The position numbers and the translations under genes were made by a program. The notes beneath the pieces are model-generated. The model searched no databases, was not told the origin of the DNA, and was given only the letters and a program-made list of their open reading frames with translations. A stretch of 63,444 nucleotides of DNA, counting the filler, from Rhabdomonas costata (lineage: Eukaryota), in assembly GCA_019059605.1 (NCBI GenBank). It is 39 parts of 39 records of this genome, joined end to end, with 100 filler letters (N's around TTAATTAATTAA, not from the genome) between each part and the next. Parts side by side here need not be neighbours in the genome. Positions count along the whole stretch, not along the records: positions 13,057 to 14,593 come from JAHMHO010013714.1; positions 14,694 to 16,221 come from JAHMHO010013715.1; positions 16,322 to 17,850 come from JAHMHO010013716.1; positions 17,951 to 19,479 come from JAHMHO010013717.1; positions 19,580 to 21,109 come from JAHMHO010013718.1; positions 21,210 to 22,738 come from JAHMHO010013719.1; positions 22,839 to 24,367 come from JAHMHO010013720.1; positions 24,468 to 25,996 come from JAHMHO010013721.1; 31 more parts are not named here. One strand, 5' to 3'. Positions 13,065-24,903 of this stretch are shown here, one piece after another (position 1 is the first letter of the stretch; each line of letters opens with the position of its first letter).

Positions 13065-13130
13065 TTAGGGTTAGGGTTAGGGTTAGGGTTAGGGTTAGGG
13101 TTAGGGTTAGGGTTAGGGTTAGGGTTAGGG
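13065..13130 (+). repeat. (TTAGGG)11 telomere-type repeat, oriented as interstitial
   Basis: Eleven perfect TTAGGG units. The G-rich strand runs 5'->3' into unique sequence rather than toward the end. Confidence 0.95.
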
Positions 13131-13157
13131 ACTGAAGGAAATGGCAAGGCACAGGAA

Positions 13158-14005
13158 TTACAGGTAGTTGCGGCGCAGCGCGGTGTCTGAGATCCACTTG
13201 GAGTCCCGGACGTTGCCGTGCTTGAGGTGGCCTTCAAGCGGACGGTACCTCTGGTAGTAGAAGTCGGCCACCTGTGCGGAAGAAAGCAATGAAAAACCTC
13301 ACGGAGACCCTGAAAAAGTTAAATGGAGGGACATTCAAAAATGCAACATACCACACGGCACCCAAAGAATTAGGGGGGGGGTGCTATGCCCTTGCCGAGA
13401 TTGAAATTCACTTTTGTGTTGCATAGAATGTAATACATGTGGTACTCGGAGCAATAAGGGAGAAGCGTGTAGTTGCGCTGAGAGAAGCTTTTACTTGGAA
13501 TCAGGGTTCCATTGAAACGACAGACTTGCGCGCTTACTACCAATTCTCAGACACAACAGCACACAAACCAAGTATGTAATTCCAAAGTTGAATCTAAAGA
13601 GGAGGGAGTTTTCGATCATCACTGAGATGAAGCCGACCCTTCGTCCTCCCACAGACCTGCCCGGAGTCCTCGCCCCCACCCTGGCTGAAGAACTGCTTCA
13701 GGGTGTGAGTGCAGGCGTGCTCGCGGGTGTTCATCGCGCGTTGCTCAGCGGCGGACAGGGCAACCGCGGGGCCCGTGGTGCGGCCGTATGTCGTCAGGGA
13801 GGGGTCCACGGCAACGGAGTACACCCCGGCCTCCATGTGGGCATTGGGGGAGCCCGATGAGGGCTGCGGCTGGTGCCCCGCGTAGCCCGGCATGGCACTG
13901 GCAGTGGTAGTGAGGAGGTTGTCCTTGTGGTGGGTCAGCAAGGGGTCGGCGTCGCCCCGCACCAGAGACATCGCCGACACGGACGAGGGCACGTGACCCA
14001 TGTAC
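13158..14005 (-). CDS. Last two exons of a protein with GYxGHxP motifs, possibly a ciliary microtubule inner protein
   Basis: Exon 14005-13657 encodes YMGHVP...MPGYAGHQP...KQFFSQGGGEDSGQ. GT-AG intron 13656-13272. Exon 13271-13158 encodes VADFYYQRYRPLEG...RRNYL*. PGYxGHxP motifs occur in FAM166-type MIPs; the function is inferred. Confidence 0.65.
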
Positions 14006-14710
14006 CTAGGACGGAAGGGAGAGGGGATGCGAGGTGGTTTCTTCTAATGGTTTCTGATGCTGATACGTCAAAAAAGGTCCCGTTTGTGGTTCCTTCATTA
14101 AATTATTGAGGAGATATTGCCCGGGTCACCTTAAAAGTGAGAGTTTTTTAGATGCACTTTAAAGAAGACGTTCTAACCCTAAAGACTGCTGTGGAATGTT
14201 GAAATGTTGAACAGGTTGGTTGGTGGGAATAGATATCTTCGCAAACGGTGAACTGAAAGGCAACACAGTAACGTAGTTATCTCTGATGGCACGCGACTGT
14301 ATGGGGTGTTTCAGGAAATTTTCAGGCTTTGTCGCACATTAAATCGACCTTAATGAGTGCCATTACATCTGGTCTTTAAGGTTCCATGGTCCGATTTGGG
14401 CGAATTATCGTCTCAGCCGTAACTCTCACTTGTGACATGACCCACACCATATCCCCTCAGCTGCTGAACGATCCCAGATGAAAAAACGTAAATAAAGAGA
14501 TAGAAAGGTAACGAGATATCAATATTAGGCGCGATAACGAAAACAAAATCTCACGGGGATGGCCGAGAAATCAGAAACTAGAAACCAAAAACCNNNNNNN
14601 NNNNNNNNNNNNNNNNNNNNNNNNNNNNNNNNNNNNNTTAATTAATTAANNNNNNNNNNNNNNNNNNNNNNNNNNNNNNNNNNNNNNNNNNNNTTGTGTT
14701 CGGTGTTTAG

Positions 14711-15752
14711 GCCGGGGTGGTCCACGGCAATATCACTCCGGCAAACATTCAGCTCAGCACGAGCTGCGACCTCAAGCTGGGGGGCTTTGGGGGGGCCCAT
14801 GGGAATGACGTGGGCGAGGAGCCCTCGGAGTATGTGGGTTCGCGGCTGTGGAAGGCGCCGGAGCAGGTGATGTGCGAGGAGGAGCTGAGCTTTGTGGTGG
14901 ACATTTGGGCGGTGGGGTGCATCCTGGCGCAGATCTACCACCGCAGCACGGCTGGGCTGAGTCCCCAGTACAAGCCGCTGTTCTCGGGGCCCACTCATGT
15001 GGACCACCTGGAGCAGATCGTTGATCTCCGAGGTCAGCGCTCTTGATTATGTGTTGTGTTCTCATCTGTGAGCTTGTTTTTGTTCTTATCGATGGCTCAT
15101 TCTGTGACAAGGGGACCTGTGGTTTTGAGGCACTTGTGCACGCACGCGCACACTCCCACGCCTGCTAACACTCACACGCGCGGCATCCTCCCGCTGAATC
15201 TCTTGCTCCCTCTTGCTTTTTCGAAGGCACTCCCTCTGAGGACCAGGTCCGCAGTGTCGAGGCGAAGGAATACATCCAGAAGAACCTCAGCGGGCGCCCT
15301 GGCAAGGACTTGTCCACGGTTCTGCACAATCCCGATGGCACGGCGATTCCGAAGGAGGTGGTGGAGCTTCTGGACAGGATGCTGCAGTTCAGCCCCACGA
15401 AGCGTCCGACGGTGGAGGAGGCGGTGCAGCACCCTTTCTTCTCGGAGCACTACGACCCCGAGGACCTGCAGGTATGTGCGAGATGTCTTTTAAGGGGCCT
15501 TGGGAGACTGGCGGGGGGGGGGATCTCAGGCAGCTTTCGTTTCTTCCCGATTGCGGTTGAGCAGCTCTTTTGTTTTTTTTTATTCGTTGGTTTTGTGCTG
15601 TGGGATGTTCGTTTTTTGTTGGTTGAACTTTGCTTTTCTTTCGAGTGGTTTTCCGTCTGCAGATTCCGAAGGACACTTTCCGCGAGCTGGACGACCTCGA
15701 GGTTGCGGCGGAAGCCAAGGCCACTGCGGAGTGCGGCGCAGCAACTTCGCTG
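14711..15752 (+). CDS. MAP-kinase-like pseudokinase, subdomains VI-XI and C-tail (partial, 3 exons)
   Basis: Exons 14711-15032, 15227-15471 and 15663-15752, with in-frame GT-AG introns. Reading: VVHGNITPANIQLSTSCDLKLGGFGG...SEYVGSRLWKAPE...DIWAVGCILA...KPLFSG...GTPSED...LLDRMLQFSPTKRPTVEEAVQHPFFSEHYDPED. The scaffold is MAPK-like, including the HYDPED common-docking region. Confidence 0.9.
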
Positions 15753-16828
15753 GTGAGTCTACTCTTGCGCATGCCTGCTGACACACCTCACATCCATGCC
15801 TGCTGACGTTGATGTGGAGTGGCAATGCCAACCGATGTGAGCCCTGCCCCCTCTTTCGACTCACCCGGAACTGGGTTTCGCTGGTGTTCCAGTGCAGAGC
15901 ATTCGTTGACTGGTTTGTTGGGTGTTGACTGAGGCAACGTTGGCGTCGATTACGACTGTGGTGTGAAGAATTGAGGCCTCGGAGCCGGGTTGAGCACAAT
16001 GATGTGCATTCCGCGATTTTTTCGATGTTGTCCAAGGATGCAGGGCGGCTCCACGACGCGAAAATGATCATAAGTTCGAATATTCTTTCTGCAAATGTCA
16101 AATGTACAGTGAATACAAAAATATGGAAATTTGCGGGTTGTATGCGCGCGTGTGTGGGGGGGGGGGGGATAAGACCATGGCGTGTCGCAGGAAAAAGAAA
16201 AGGAAAATTAAACCAAAAAACNNNNNNNNNNNNNNNNNNNNNNNNNNNNNNNNNNNNNNNNNNNNTTAATTAATTAANNNNNNNNNNNNNNNNNNNNNNN
16301 NNNNNNNNNNNNNNNNNNNNNGGGGGTTTGTGGATACAGTGGATACAATTCTACCTCTTTTTCACTTCTGTTTTAGGTGCCCTTCCAGGTGGACCGCATC
16401 CTTATCAATTGTAGGGAGCCTTACGGAAATCGGGGTGGGGCAGGGTGTGCAAAACGCAACCGAATTCGCAGGATGACATACCCTACTCCGTCGTCCTAGG
16501 TGGGCCGGTGCAAGCTCCATTTATTGCTCGTGTAACAGTACTCCTGGGATGCAGTGATTGGCCGCTTCTCGGCCTCGGTTTCCTTCCCCATGTCCATTAA
16601 CTTCGCTGTCATTCTGTATTAGAATTTTTATCCGCTCGACGAATGTTTCTAACCGGTAACAGCAGTGGGAGCTGATTATCATTCCAGTTGTTGTCCACTG
16701 CAGTCCCTGGTTAATGTGCCACAAGAGGTCAAAAGTCCATCGCCGTGCCGTGCTTTACGTGGTGGGGTTGGAGTTTCAGCGTTCCCTCTGCTCAATCAAT
16801 TGACTCATCGCGTCTTTTTTCTCCAAAG

Positions 16829-17182
16829 GATGTGCGGAGGCCGAAATGAACGAGGACCAGCTGGATACGCTGAGGTCCCTCTTCTCGGTATTTACTTCGA
16901 TGTACCCTCCCCACTGCTCTTGGCAATCGCTCAACTTCAAGCAGCCTGCGGTGGGGTCGGAGAAATGGTGTTCTCCCGCATATCCCAATCCAGGTTCGCA
17001 TGACATCAGATTGTTCTCAAGAAAGTTTAATGCTCTCACCCTCAGGCCATGGACCGGGACCAGAGTGGGTCGGTGGAGTTCCAGGAGTACGTCCTCGCCG
17101 TGGCCGTCATGACGAACCAGGCCGGCGTGGAGAAGAAGATCGAGCTGGCCTTTGCCATGCTGGACAAGGATGGCGACAAAAG
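16829..17182 (+). CDS. EF-hand calcium sensor (NCS/calcineurin B-like; partial, 2 exons)
   Basis: Exons 16829-16887 and 17046-17182 encode LRSLFSAMDRDQSGSVEFQEYVLAVAVM...EKKIELAFAMLDKDGDK, one full EF-hand loop and the start of a second. Confidence 0.88.
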
Positions 17183-17954
17183 GTCTCTCTGCCCCATCCT
17201 AACCACTCGACCGATGCGCATTCACACACATGGTGGCCACAGTGTCAGCAGTAGTATGTATTTTTCAGACCAGCAAGACCCCAGAAGCCGTGAGAAGTTC
17301 AAAGCGGTCGTCTGGTGGTCTCCAGGGTAGTCGCACACCGAAGCATTCGGGCCTGAGTTTGACCCTTGAGAATTTTGATGAGTAATAAGCATTTTCTGCT
17401 GCCTCTGCAGGCCAAAGCTAAGGCAGGTGGCTCAAGAATCAGAAGGCCTCGAAAAAGTGCTAAAGAAAACAAAAGTGAAATGGGCATCAACAGGCCTAAG
17501 CATTCCGGCCCATGTGGATGCCGGGTCTTCCGGTTGGGTTCCTTCCGGATGTGAGAGTAGCTTTGGTTGCTTCCAGTCTTCAGCCACCACAGGTGCAAAG
17601 CGGGCGTCAGCGCGGGTTGGTGTGTCGCTGCTTGGTGGGGAAGCCTTGCGAGCACGCAGTCAATGATGGATCTACAGCTGCTATCGCCACCAAAGCAGGG
17701 GCTGCCCCGACTGAAGTGCACCCTTCCCCTCTGAGGAGTTTCGTCGGCAGAATGACCGGTTGGTGCCTCGTTACGCTGCCAGTGCTGGCAACGGTTGATG
17801 AGTTTGATGACCGGCAAGCGCCGGCAGTGCAGTACCCGCCTACAAAGCCTNNNNNNNNNNNNNNNNNNNNNNNNNNNNNNNNNNNNNNNNNNNNTTAATT
17901 AATTAANNNNNNNNNNNNNNNNNNNNNNNNNNNNNNNNNNNNNNNNNNNNGGTT

Positions 17955-18044
17955 TATTGCCCAACAGCAGGTGAGCGTTTCCTGACCCCTCACAACCCGC
18001 CGAGTGGGAAAGGTCAGGAAACGCTCACCTGCTGTTGGGCAATA
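17955..18044. repeat. 33-bp perfect inverted repeat at contig start
   Basis: 17955-17987 is the reverse complement of 18012-18044. Confidence 0.95.
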
Positions 18045-18627
18045 GACCCCAGGCCTGCTCTTGCCTAGCTCTCAGGAATTGGCTCCTGGATATCTAAAAA
18101 AAATCGCTCTTTTCTGAGGGTGGGGGCCGGTAAAAACTCTTGGGGAGCCTCTGGTGTGGGTTTTGCACACTTTGAACCAACCCGATTGTTGCTACAGATA
18201 AACTACTTGTTTCCTTCGCTAAGGGGCGGAAGGGAAAAACAACAGAAGGCAGCAGAAGCACGTGAGCTTTCTGTATCAGGGAAACCTTCAGCACAGCGCA
18301 AGTAGGGAAAGAACCGGACAGGACAGCGAGGCAGCGCGCGAGCAGGACTCGCAACGGTGAGTGGGAGGGCTTGACCTCCAGCACTACAAAATGAATGAAG
18401 TTAGGGGACCACCAGGCGACAAGATAGTCGAGAAAACACCCAAGGATAGGGGCCAGCACCAATCAAACAAAAAATGAAGAATGTGATGCCAGAGTTCGAA
18501 AACACTTCACCCCCAAATGACTGTTCACTGGGCCCGTCGTCGCTTTGTGCGGCTGCGGGAAGAAAGGAAGGCGTTTCCGCTCTGGAGGTTCCTCTGTGTA
18601 CTTGCCCACGCCATCTCCTTACCACAG

Positions 18628-19395
18628 GGGAGCTCCGCCCGAACTCTGATCTTTACCGCCGCGCTGTGCTCGTTCAACGCGACGTGGAAGGCGAAGTTCG
18701 GGGCCTTCTCGGACAGCTCGGGCTTCGCCCGCTCCCTGGCCATCTTTAAGTTCTTTGACCAACACAACACATCTGCAATGGTGTGTCCCTCCGCCATGGC
18801 ATCCAATGCCACACGGGCCGCGTGGATTTAGGTGTGGATGATCTCCTTCGCTGACGTTCTCTGCGCCATAATCTGAGCGGTAGAATGTGAACGCTCCTTC
18901 AGGCGGCGCTGACAGTCAGCCCGAATGTACATCTTGAATGCGCGAGACTGTTTGTTGGGATGTGAGCTGAAGCCGATGCTCTAAGGCCTTACCAAAACTT
19001 CAAAACAGGCTCCCTGAGATAGGTGGGAGGTTCCCTTCCCGTCTGCGGACCCACCGCCCACAGGTCATTTTTGAGCCAAAAAGCATCATGGAGGCTTCCA
19101 CTTGTGTCGAGCGCTTACCTGTGGGGTGGAGGTTTTCAAAATTTTCAGATCTGCATGATGATTATGCCCTCTCTTTTATCTGAGCAGGCGGATTTGTTCT
19201 TCTGACCTCTCTATGTTGGCATCCCTGCAGGTCTCGAACTTCCCGTACTCCGTCTCTTACGTCCCCTTGCTTGACGTGATTACCCAAGGCACGACCTTTG
19301 CCCGGCTGCTGAACATTTACAGCATGCTGACCCTCCCCCTGCCCTCGCCCGTGTCCGAGGGGTTGCGGGCCACATCGTTCAGCTCAAATATGACG
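18628..19395 (+). CDS. PstS-like periplasmic-binding-protein domain (partial, 2 exons)
   Basis: Exon 18628-18780 encodes GSSARTLIFTAALCSFNATWKAKFG (compare PstS SGTTxIFTxxLSxxxxxWxxxxG). Exon 19231-19395 encodes VSNFPYSVSYVPL...ARLLN (compare VxxTPxSIGYV...AxLxN). Phase-0 GT-AG intron. Confidence 0.6.
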
Positions 19396-19867
19396 GTGCG
19401 GGTGCCCTTCTCCTCATCGCCACCCACAAAACAACACCGGATGTCTTCGTGTGGCAGCTCTATGCCTCACCCACCACACNNNNNNNNNNNNNNNNNNNNN
19501 NNNNNNNNNNNNNNNNNNNNNNNTTAATTAATTAANNNNNNNNNNNNNNNNNNNNNNNNNNNNNNNNNNNNNNNNNNNNTGTGGGTGTGTAGTACTCCCT
19601 CGCTGAAAGCAGTCTTCCACTCAGCGCACACGAAAAGAGAAGCGTGCTGGCTTCCACTTCAAGTGCGGAGTACAGGCCGAGTTCAAAATACGTTCAAAAG
19701 TAGGGACACGTCACCCAAAGTAGACTTTGTGCTTTCATAATTTCATCATTTCCCGTCCCACATAATTCCCATCATAGCCTTTGGACACGCTCAGTAGTCA
19801 GAATTTAGGCGAGCTCACGAAAAATGTGGCAGAGAATCGCAGATGAAAAACGCAACACGAGAGATCC

Positions 19868-21109
19868 TCACCAAGCACGCGTCATGGGATCTCGGAAACG
19901 GGTGTTCCCCTGACTCGAGCCTGAGGTGGACAAGTTTGCAGGGCCACCTCGGTTCCAGGAACCTCCCGGTCCCCTTTTAGGCGCGTTCGCGGGAGGACCA
20001 CCGTTTTGCATTTGAGATCCACCGCCTGGGCGACGGCCATAACCACCGCCTTCGCGCGGGTACACCGCCTTAGCATTCTGAAAGGTGGCCATCAAGTCTT
20101 CTTCTCGAGGCGGGGGTGGGTGGCCACGAAGCCTCTGGTGCTCAAAGAGGTCCTCCTAAAGCGAAAGAAAATGTTGAAGATGAAGTGTGATGGTTTTTGT
20201 GTTTCCACGCACGCACGCGCACGAAGACATCAAAACAAAAAATTAGTAAGTTCTTCAGTAAAACAGACCCGCAAAAATGATGGCAACCGCGAAGAGCGTA
20301 GCATGAGGCACGCATACCTCACTAACGTAGCTGCGAAGACACGGTCCCGAGGCTTCGTTATACTCGCAAACGCAAACGTCTTCTTTATCGATGGAAATGG
20401 TTTGAATGGAGGCGACAAGTTCACCGCATCTTGAGAGGCAAAACAAAAAGAAGAAAGGAAATGAATCAAACTAAAAAAAACAAAAACGAAGCAGAAGCCC
20501 AAAAAGCAGCAACTTGGGACAAGGTTTCCCTTCCATTCTCATCGCACATGTGTGACAAAACAGGTGCTTGCAGTTCAGAAGTCGCCCGAATGTAATCACG
20601 GGGGCGCGACACTGAGAAAAACGGGGCATGGAGAGGAACAACAGAATGGAATGCTGAGACAGAGGCATCTTTTATCCGGTATTTGTTTGCCTCCTGTGAA
20701 ACTCGTGCTCATACCTAATTAAAGACACATACCTCGCCACACGTGAACAGTTTCTTGCTTCGGCAATTGTCGTTGAAGGGCATGAATGTGCCCTTCACTC
20801 CAATCAGGAACACCTCACACGCATCCATCTCAAAATCTTCCTGGCTCACCCGAATGTCCTCATGTGGAAGCACGACTCCGCCACCTGAGTGCAGCGTGGG
20901 TACAATGACACACCCATAATCATGCAGGAAAAATCTGCATGAACTCAGTGAACAATTGTTAAAAAAAATTCACATCAATGGACAACGCGTTCAGCAACAT
21001 CGACAAACTTATGCATGGCCTGGGCAGGGAAAAAGAAAAACGCCAAGGGAACACCGGAAGAGGTGGCAGAGCTGATGGAAAATGTAGGCGCTGCCGGAGC
21101 GGCACCCAC
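19868..21109 (-). CDS. CBLL1: Hakai-like RING/HYB E3 ligase (5'-partial, 5 exons)
   Basis: Exons 21109-21055, 20884-20733, 20611-20514, 20429-20318 and 20155-19868 splice in frame to LFTCGECRAPVITFGRLLNCKHLFCHTCA...PCPKCGELVASI...CVC...PCLRSYVSEEDLFEHQRLRGH plus a Gly/Pro-rich tail. This matches the Hakai pattern CxxCxxPIxxYGRxxPCKHxFCxxCA...CPxC...CxRTYLSxxDLxxH. Confidence 0.82.
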
Positions 21110-21566
21110 NNNNNNNNNNNNNNNNNNNNNNNNNNNNNNNNNNNNNNNNNNNNTTAATTAATTAANNNNNNNNNNNNNNNNNNNNNNNNNNNNNNNNNNN
21201 NNNNNNNNNTTTGGGTAGGTGAAACGCTCCGTTACACTACAATCGTTTTCCAGAGAGCAATGAGAGCGGATAAACGAGCGGAGTGTGAGAACAATGATGT
21301 ATAAATGTAAAATTTGCATGAATGTGTGTGGCGGTTCAGTCATTGTAGCATTTTACATGATCACATATTCTACGCAAGAGACTGACGAGACGGTTGGCGA
21401 AGCTATGGAGATCTGGACTGTTTGAAAGTCGTAAAGCGGGTGCAAGCAATGAAAATTATGCTTCGGTATATTGGGTGGTTCAGGCGCTGGAGAATTGTAC
21501 ACGTTGACGTTTCCGCTAGAGAATGCGATAACCCTGGTGAAGCTATCGAAATGTTTCAAAAAAAAG

Positions 21567-21950
21567 GCGACGAGCTCGCTGGACACGGAGAGTGAGGCCC
21601 TGGTGCAGGAGGCCCTGGATACTTTGATCCATGGCCTGCACGGGGGATGCACCATGGTGCTCGTGGCCCACCGCCTCTCCACTGTGGTCCACGCCGACCG
21701 CATCGCAGTGGTGAGTGAGGGCCGTGTTGTGGAGACCGGCACGCACTCCGAGCTGCTGGCCATCCCGCAGGGGGTGTATGCGCGGCTTGTGGCGCGACAG
21801 CTGACCAAGGAGGCCAACCAGCTGCCCCAGGCGGACATCGACCACCTCCTGGACGAGACGGAAGAGCCGGGCCAGAAGGAGAGTTGCCCGGGTTCCGGGC
21901 CTGTAGGCCTCACTGCGGCCTCGTGCTGTGCTTCGAGTAGCAGCACGTAA
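21567..21950 (+). CDS. ABCB-type ABC transporter, terminal exon of the ATP-binding domain
   Basis: After an AG acceptor: ATSSLDTESEALVQEALD (D-loop), VAHRLSTV (H-loop), GRVVETGTHSELL...GVYARLVARQ, then stop at 21948-21950. Confidence 0.92.
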   Translation, partial: ATSSLDTESEALVQEALDTLIHGLHGGCTMVLVAHRLSTVVHADRIAVVSEGRVVETGTHSELLAIPQGVYARLVARQLTKEANQLPQADIDHLLDETEEPGQKESCPGSGPVGLTAASCCASSSST

Positions 21951-24903
21951 TACGCTACTACAGCTGTTGGAGTGGAGTAAATGTTCTTTTGAGACGGAGC
22001 TGCCTGGGTGGCCGTTGGCCGTTCCGGTGTTTTTTCTCGCGGAAGGTTTCCTCAGCCAAATGTGAGCTGCACGTTTACTACGTCTACTCCATGTGTGTGG
22101 GGACTGCGCAGAGGATGTGCAGGTAGCACCTCTTCCTGGAAAGTGAGAGTGACCCTTCAAAAGCGGGTGTCCACTTTATCAATAATAATTGGTGCGATTG
22201 CAAAGATTATGATAAAATCGCAAATGTGCTCTTCAAGCTGCCAAGCTTTCTCTGGATGCTTTGTTGGACTTGAGGCCAGGGCGCTTCCCACAACACCGGT
22301 GTAAACGGGTGATTGGTGACCTCTCGCTTCCTGTGCACCACCTCTGTTTGCAATGTGTCGTCCATCAGCAAGGAATAATCGAATTGAATCGAATTGCGTT
22401 GCCTGCGTGCTGCAGCCATAACCGCGGCAGATTTGTGACCTTTCCTTTCCTCGCCATCTCGTCATGATATGATTGCCCCACTTCTGTAGTCTCGTTTTTT
22501 TTTCAACGGATTCCCCCAGCTCCATTTGCTCGTGTCTTTGGCCTACGGATGTCATCTTTTTCAGCCTTTTCAAAACCGAACTGCAGAGGATCGGCGTTCG
22601 ATGTTTCCTGTTCACTTCTCTGGAAAAAATTGCAATGTTCCTTTATGAAATGTCATCTCCTCACGACAGCCACTCTCTTTGCTTTGCGGAAGAGGAGTGT
22701 ACTGAACTAAAATGGAGCCTCTTCGACCACACACAACCNNNNNNNNNNNNNNNNNNNNNNNNNNNNNNNNNNNNNNNNNNNNTTAATTAATTAANNNNNN
22801 NNNNNNNNNNNNNNNNNNNNNNNNNNNNNNNNNNNNNNGAGAAGCGCGGAGGCGAAAGAGCCGGCGCAAAACCCACAGGGAGGTAGAGTGTGGGAATCGT
22901 AGCTGCTGGTTTTCCGCTTGGGTGGGCGCTGCTGGCCGGGGCCTCGCGGCCTCAACCTGCATTCTCTGCTTCTCCTCGTTCCGCTGCCCTGCCCTGCCCT
23001 CCGGGACTGCTCCCAGGGCTCCTCGCGCATCCTTCTCGACAAGGCCCGCCGCTACTCGTCAAACTCTTCCTCCACAGCTTGCTCGTCAACAGCGGCGTCC
23101 TCGACACATGCGCTCTGCAATTTCTTCTTTCTCTTCGGCGCTCGCCTTTCCACGCACTTCTCTACTCTCAAAGGTCAGATCCTCACAAAGGTCTTCCCTC
23201 TTTCTTTGCAACTTTCTTGAAAGCTAAGCTCTTGAGCTTCAGCTCTGCTGCCTCTTTGCAACTTCAACACTTCTGCTCTCAACTTGAGAACACTTCATAT
23301 CGGCACCTCACTGATCCCCTGATATTTCACTGATTCTCTCTGCTCTCTCACAACATCTGCAACAGTTCAGCTCTAAGCTGTCTTTCAGTCAATGCAAATG
23401 CTGTTCTATACAAAGACACAGAGCCGGTAAAGCCCGCTCTGAGCTCAACATTCCTTTACGGAATCTCTTTCAAAACCACTTAGCTGTCGCGAAACAACTT
23501 CTCTTGCAAACGTGATACCTAACTGTCCTGAGCCGTTACACCCTCCACTGCTAGGAAGGAGGTGTACTCCACAACCGACGTCCGATCACCTAACGGCTCA
23601 GCTTTTCCTACTGCTCACCATGCAAACGTTGTAGTCTAAGTCAATTCTTCTTCAATCCAATGCAATGTGATACCTTTCTTCATCCGCTGCAACCAATCGC
23701 AATTCCTCTTTTTTTCTTTTCGCTGCGGCTCAAGGCCACTTCTTCCTCGGTAGCAATGCAACACAATGACTGCAACAACAACTGCACCATCACGACAATA
23801 GCAGTAGCACATCACTGTGCTTTGCAACGACAATAAAAGTACAACAGAGTACTTTGCAACCACGACAACAGGCAACAGGGACGAAACTCTTCTATTCATC
23901 GATGCTTCGTAATCTCTTCTGCTTGAAGTCCTCCTTCACGGAAAGTCGTCTCCATCTGAACCACAAGAAAACAGAAAGTGAACTCACTGACCACAAAACT
24001 TACATCCACATCCATAAGACTGCAATGCAACAATCCCAGTAGCTTCAGAGTAGCTTTAAAGCTTTCTGAAACTCTTGACTGCAATGCAAACCTTCCTTGT
24101 CACCATACGGTGATCTTCCTCCTTACGACCTCACACTCCTGCAATCTGTCTCCCTACTACGTAAGAAAACAGCGTCGACCACCTTGGTCGCGGTCTCAAC
24201 TTCCCTGCCTCAGAGAGATATACTCTCACTTTCCACTCCACACTTCTAACCGCCAACATTTCCAGCAATGGAAACCACAGCGCTTCTGGCCAGTTAGTGG
24301 TGACCAACATTAGCCTTGACCCCTCTCTGCAAACTTTGGCCAACACATGTGCAATTATACTCCACGGNNNNNNNNNNNNNNNNNNNNNNNNNNNNNNNNN
24401 NNNNNNNNNNNTTAATTAATTAANNNNNNNNNNNNNNNNNNNNNNNNNNNNNNNNNNNNNNNNNNNNGGTTGGTGGTTTCTTCCTGCCGGCCACGTTCCT
24501 TCGCAACATCCACCTCCACCACAACATGGGTCACCTCGCAACAAGACGCTGAACTTTGCGCAGTTTTCACCGCCTGCTACAGGACGCACTCCACCACCTA
24601 ACCTTTGTTTGCGTATTCACTGATAACTACGCCGTCTTTCACACACTTTCGAACCTTCGTGTGTCTTCATCCAATTCCAACCGCGCTGGAATTCTCCGTC
24701 GAATTATTCGCCTCTGCCTGTCTACGCACATACAGTTTCAATTTATCCTGGTACTCTCCTCCTGCCGACGCTTATATCAGATCACAGTTTTTTTCTCATT
24801 CATACACACCGTTTTGCACCTTCTTTCATCACTCATTCGCATTTTTGGCGTCAGTTCCCGAGCTCTAGCATCGTGATCTTATGGTCCTTCCACATCTCTT
24901 TCC

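Noticed and set aside
22839-24367. Purine-rich minus strand with fragments of charged, coiled-coil-like coding sequence (possible decayed retroelement or pseudogene)
   Set aside because: Many stop codons and no diagnostic gag, RT or integrase motif recognised.
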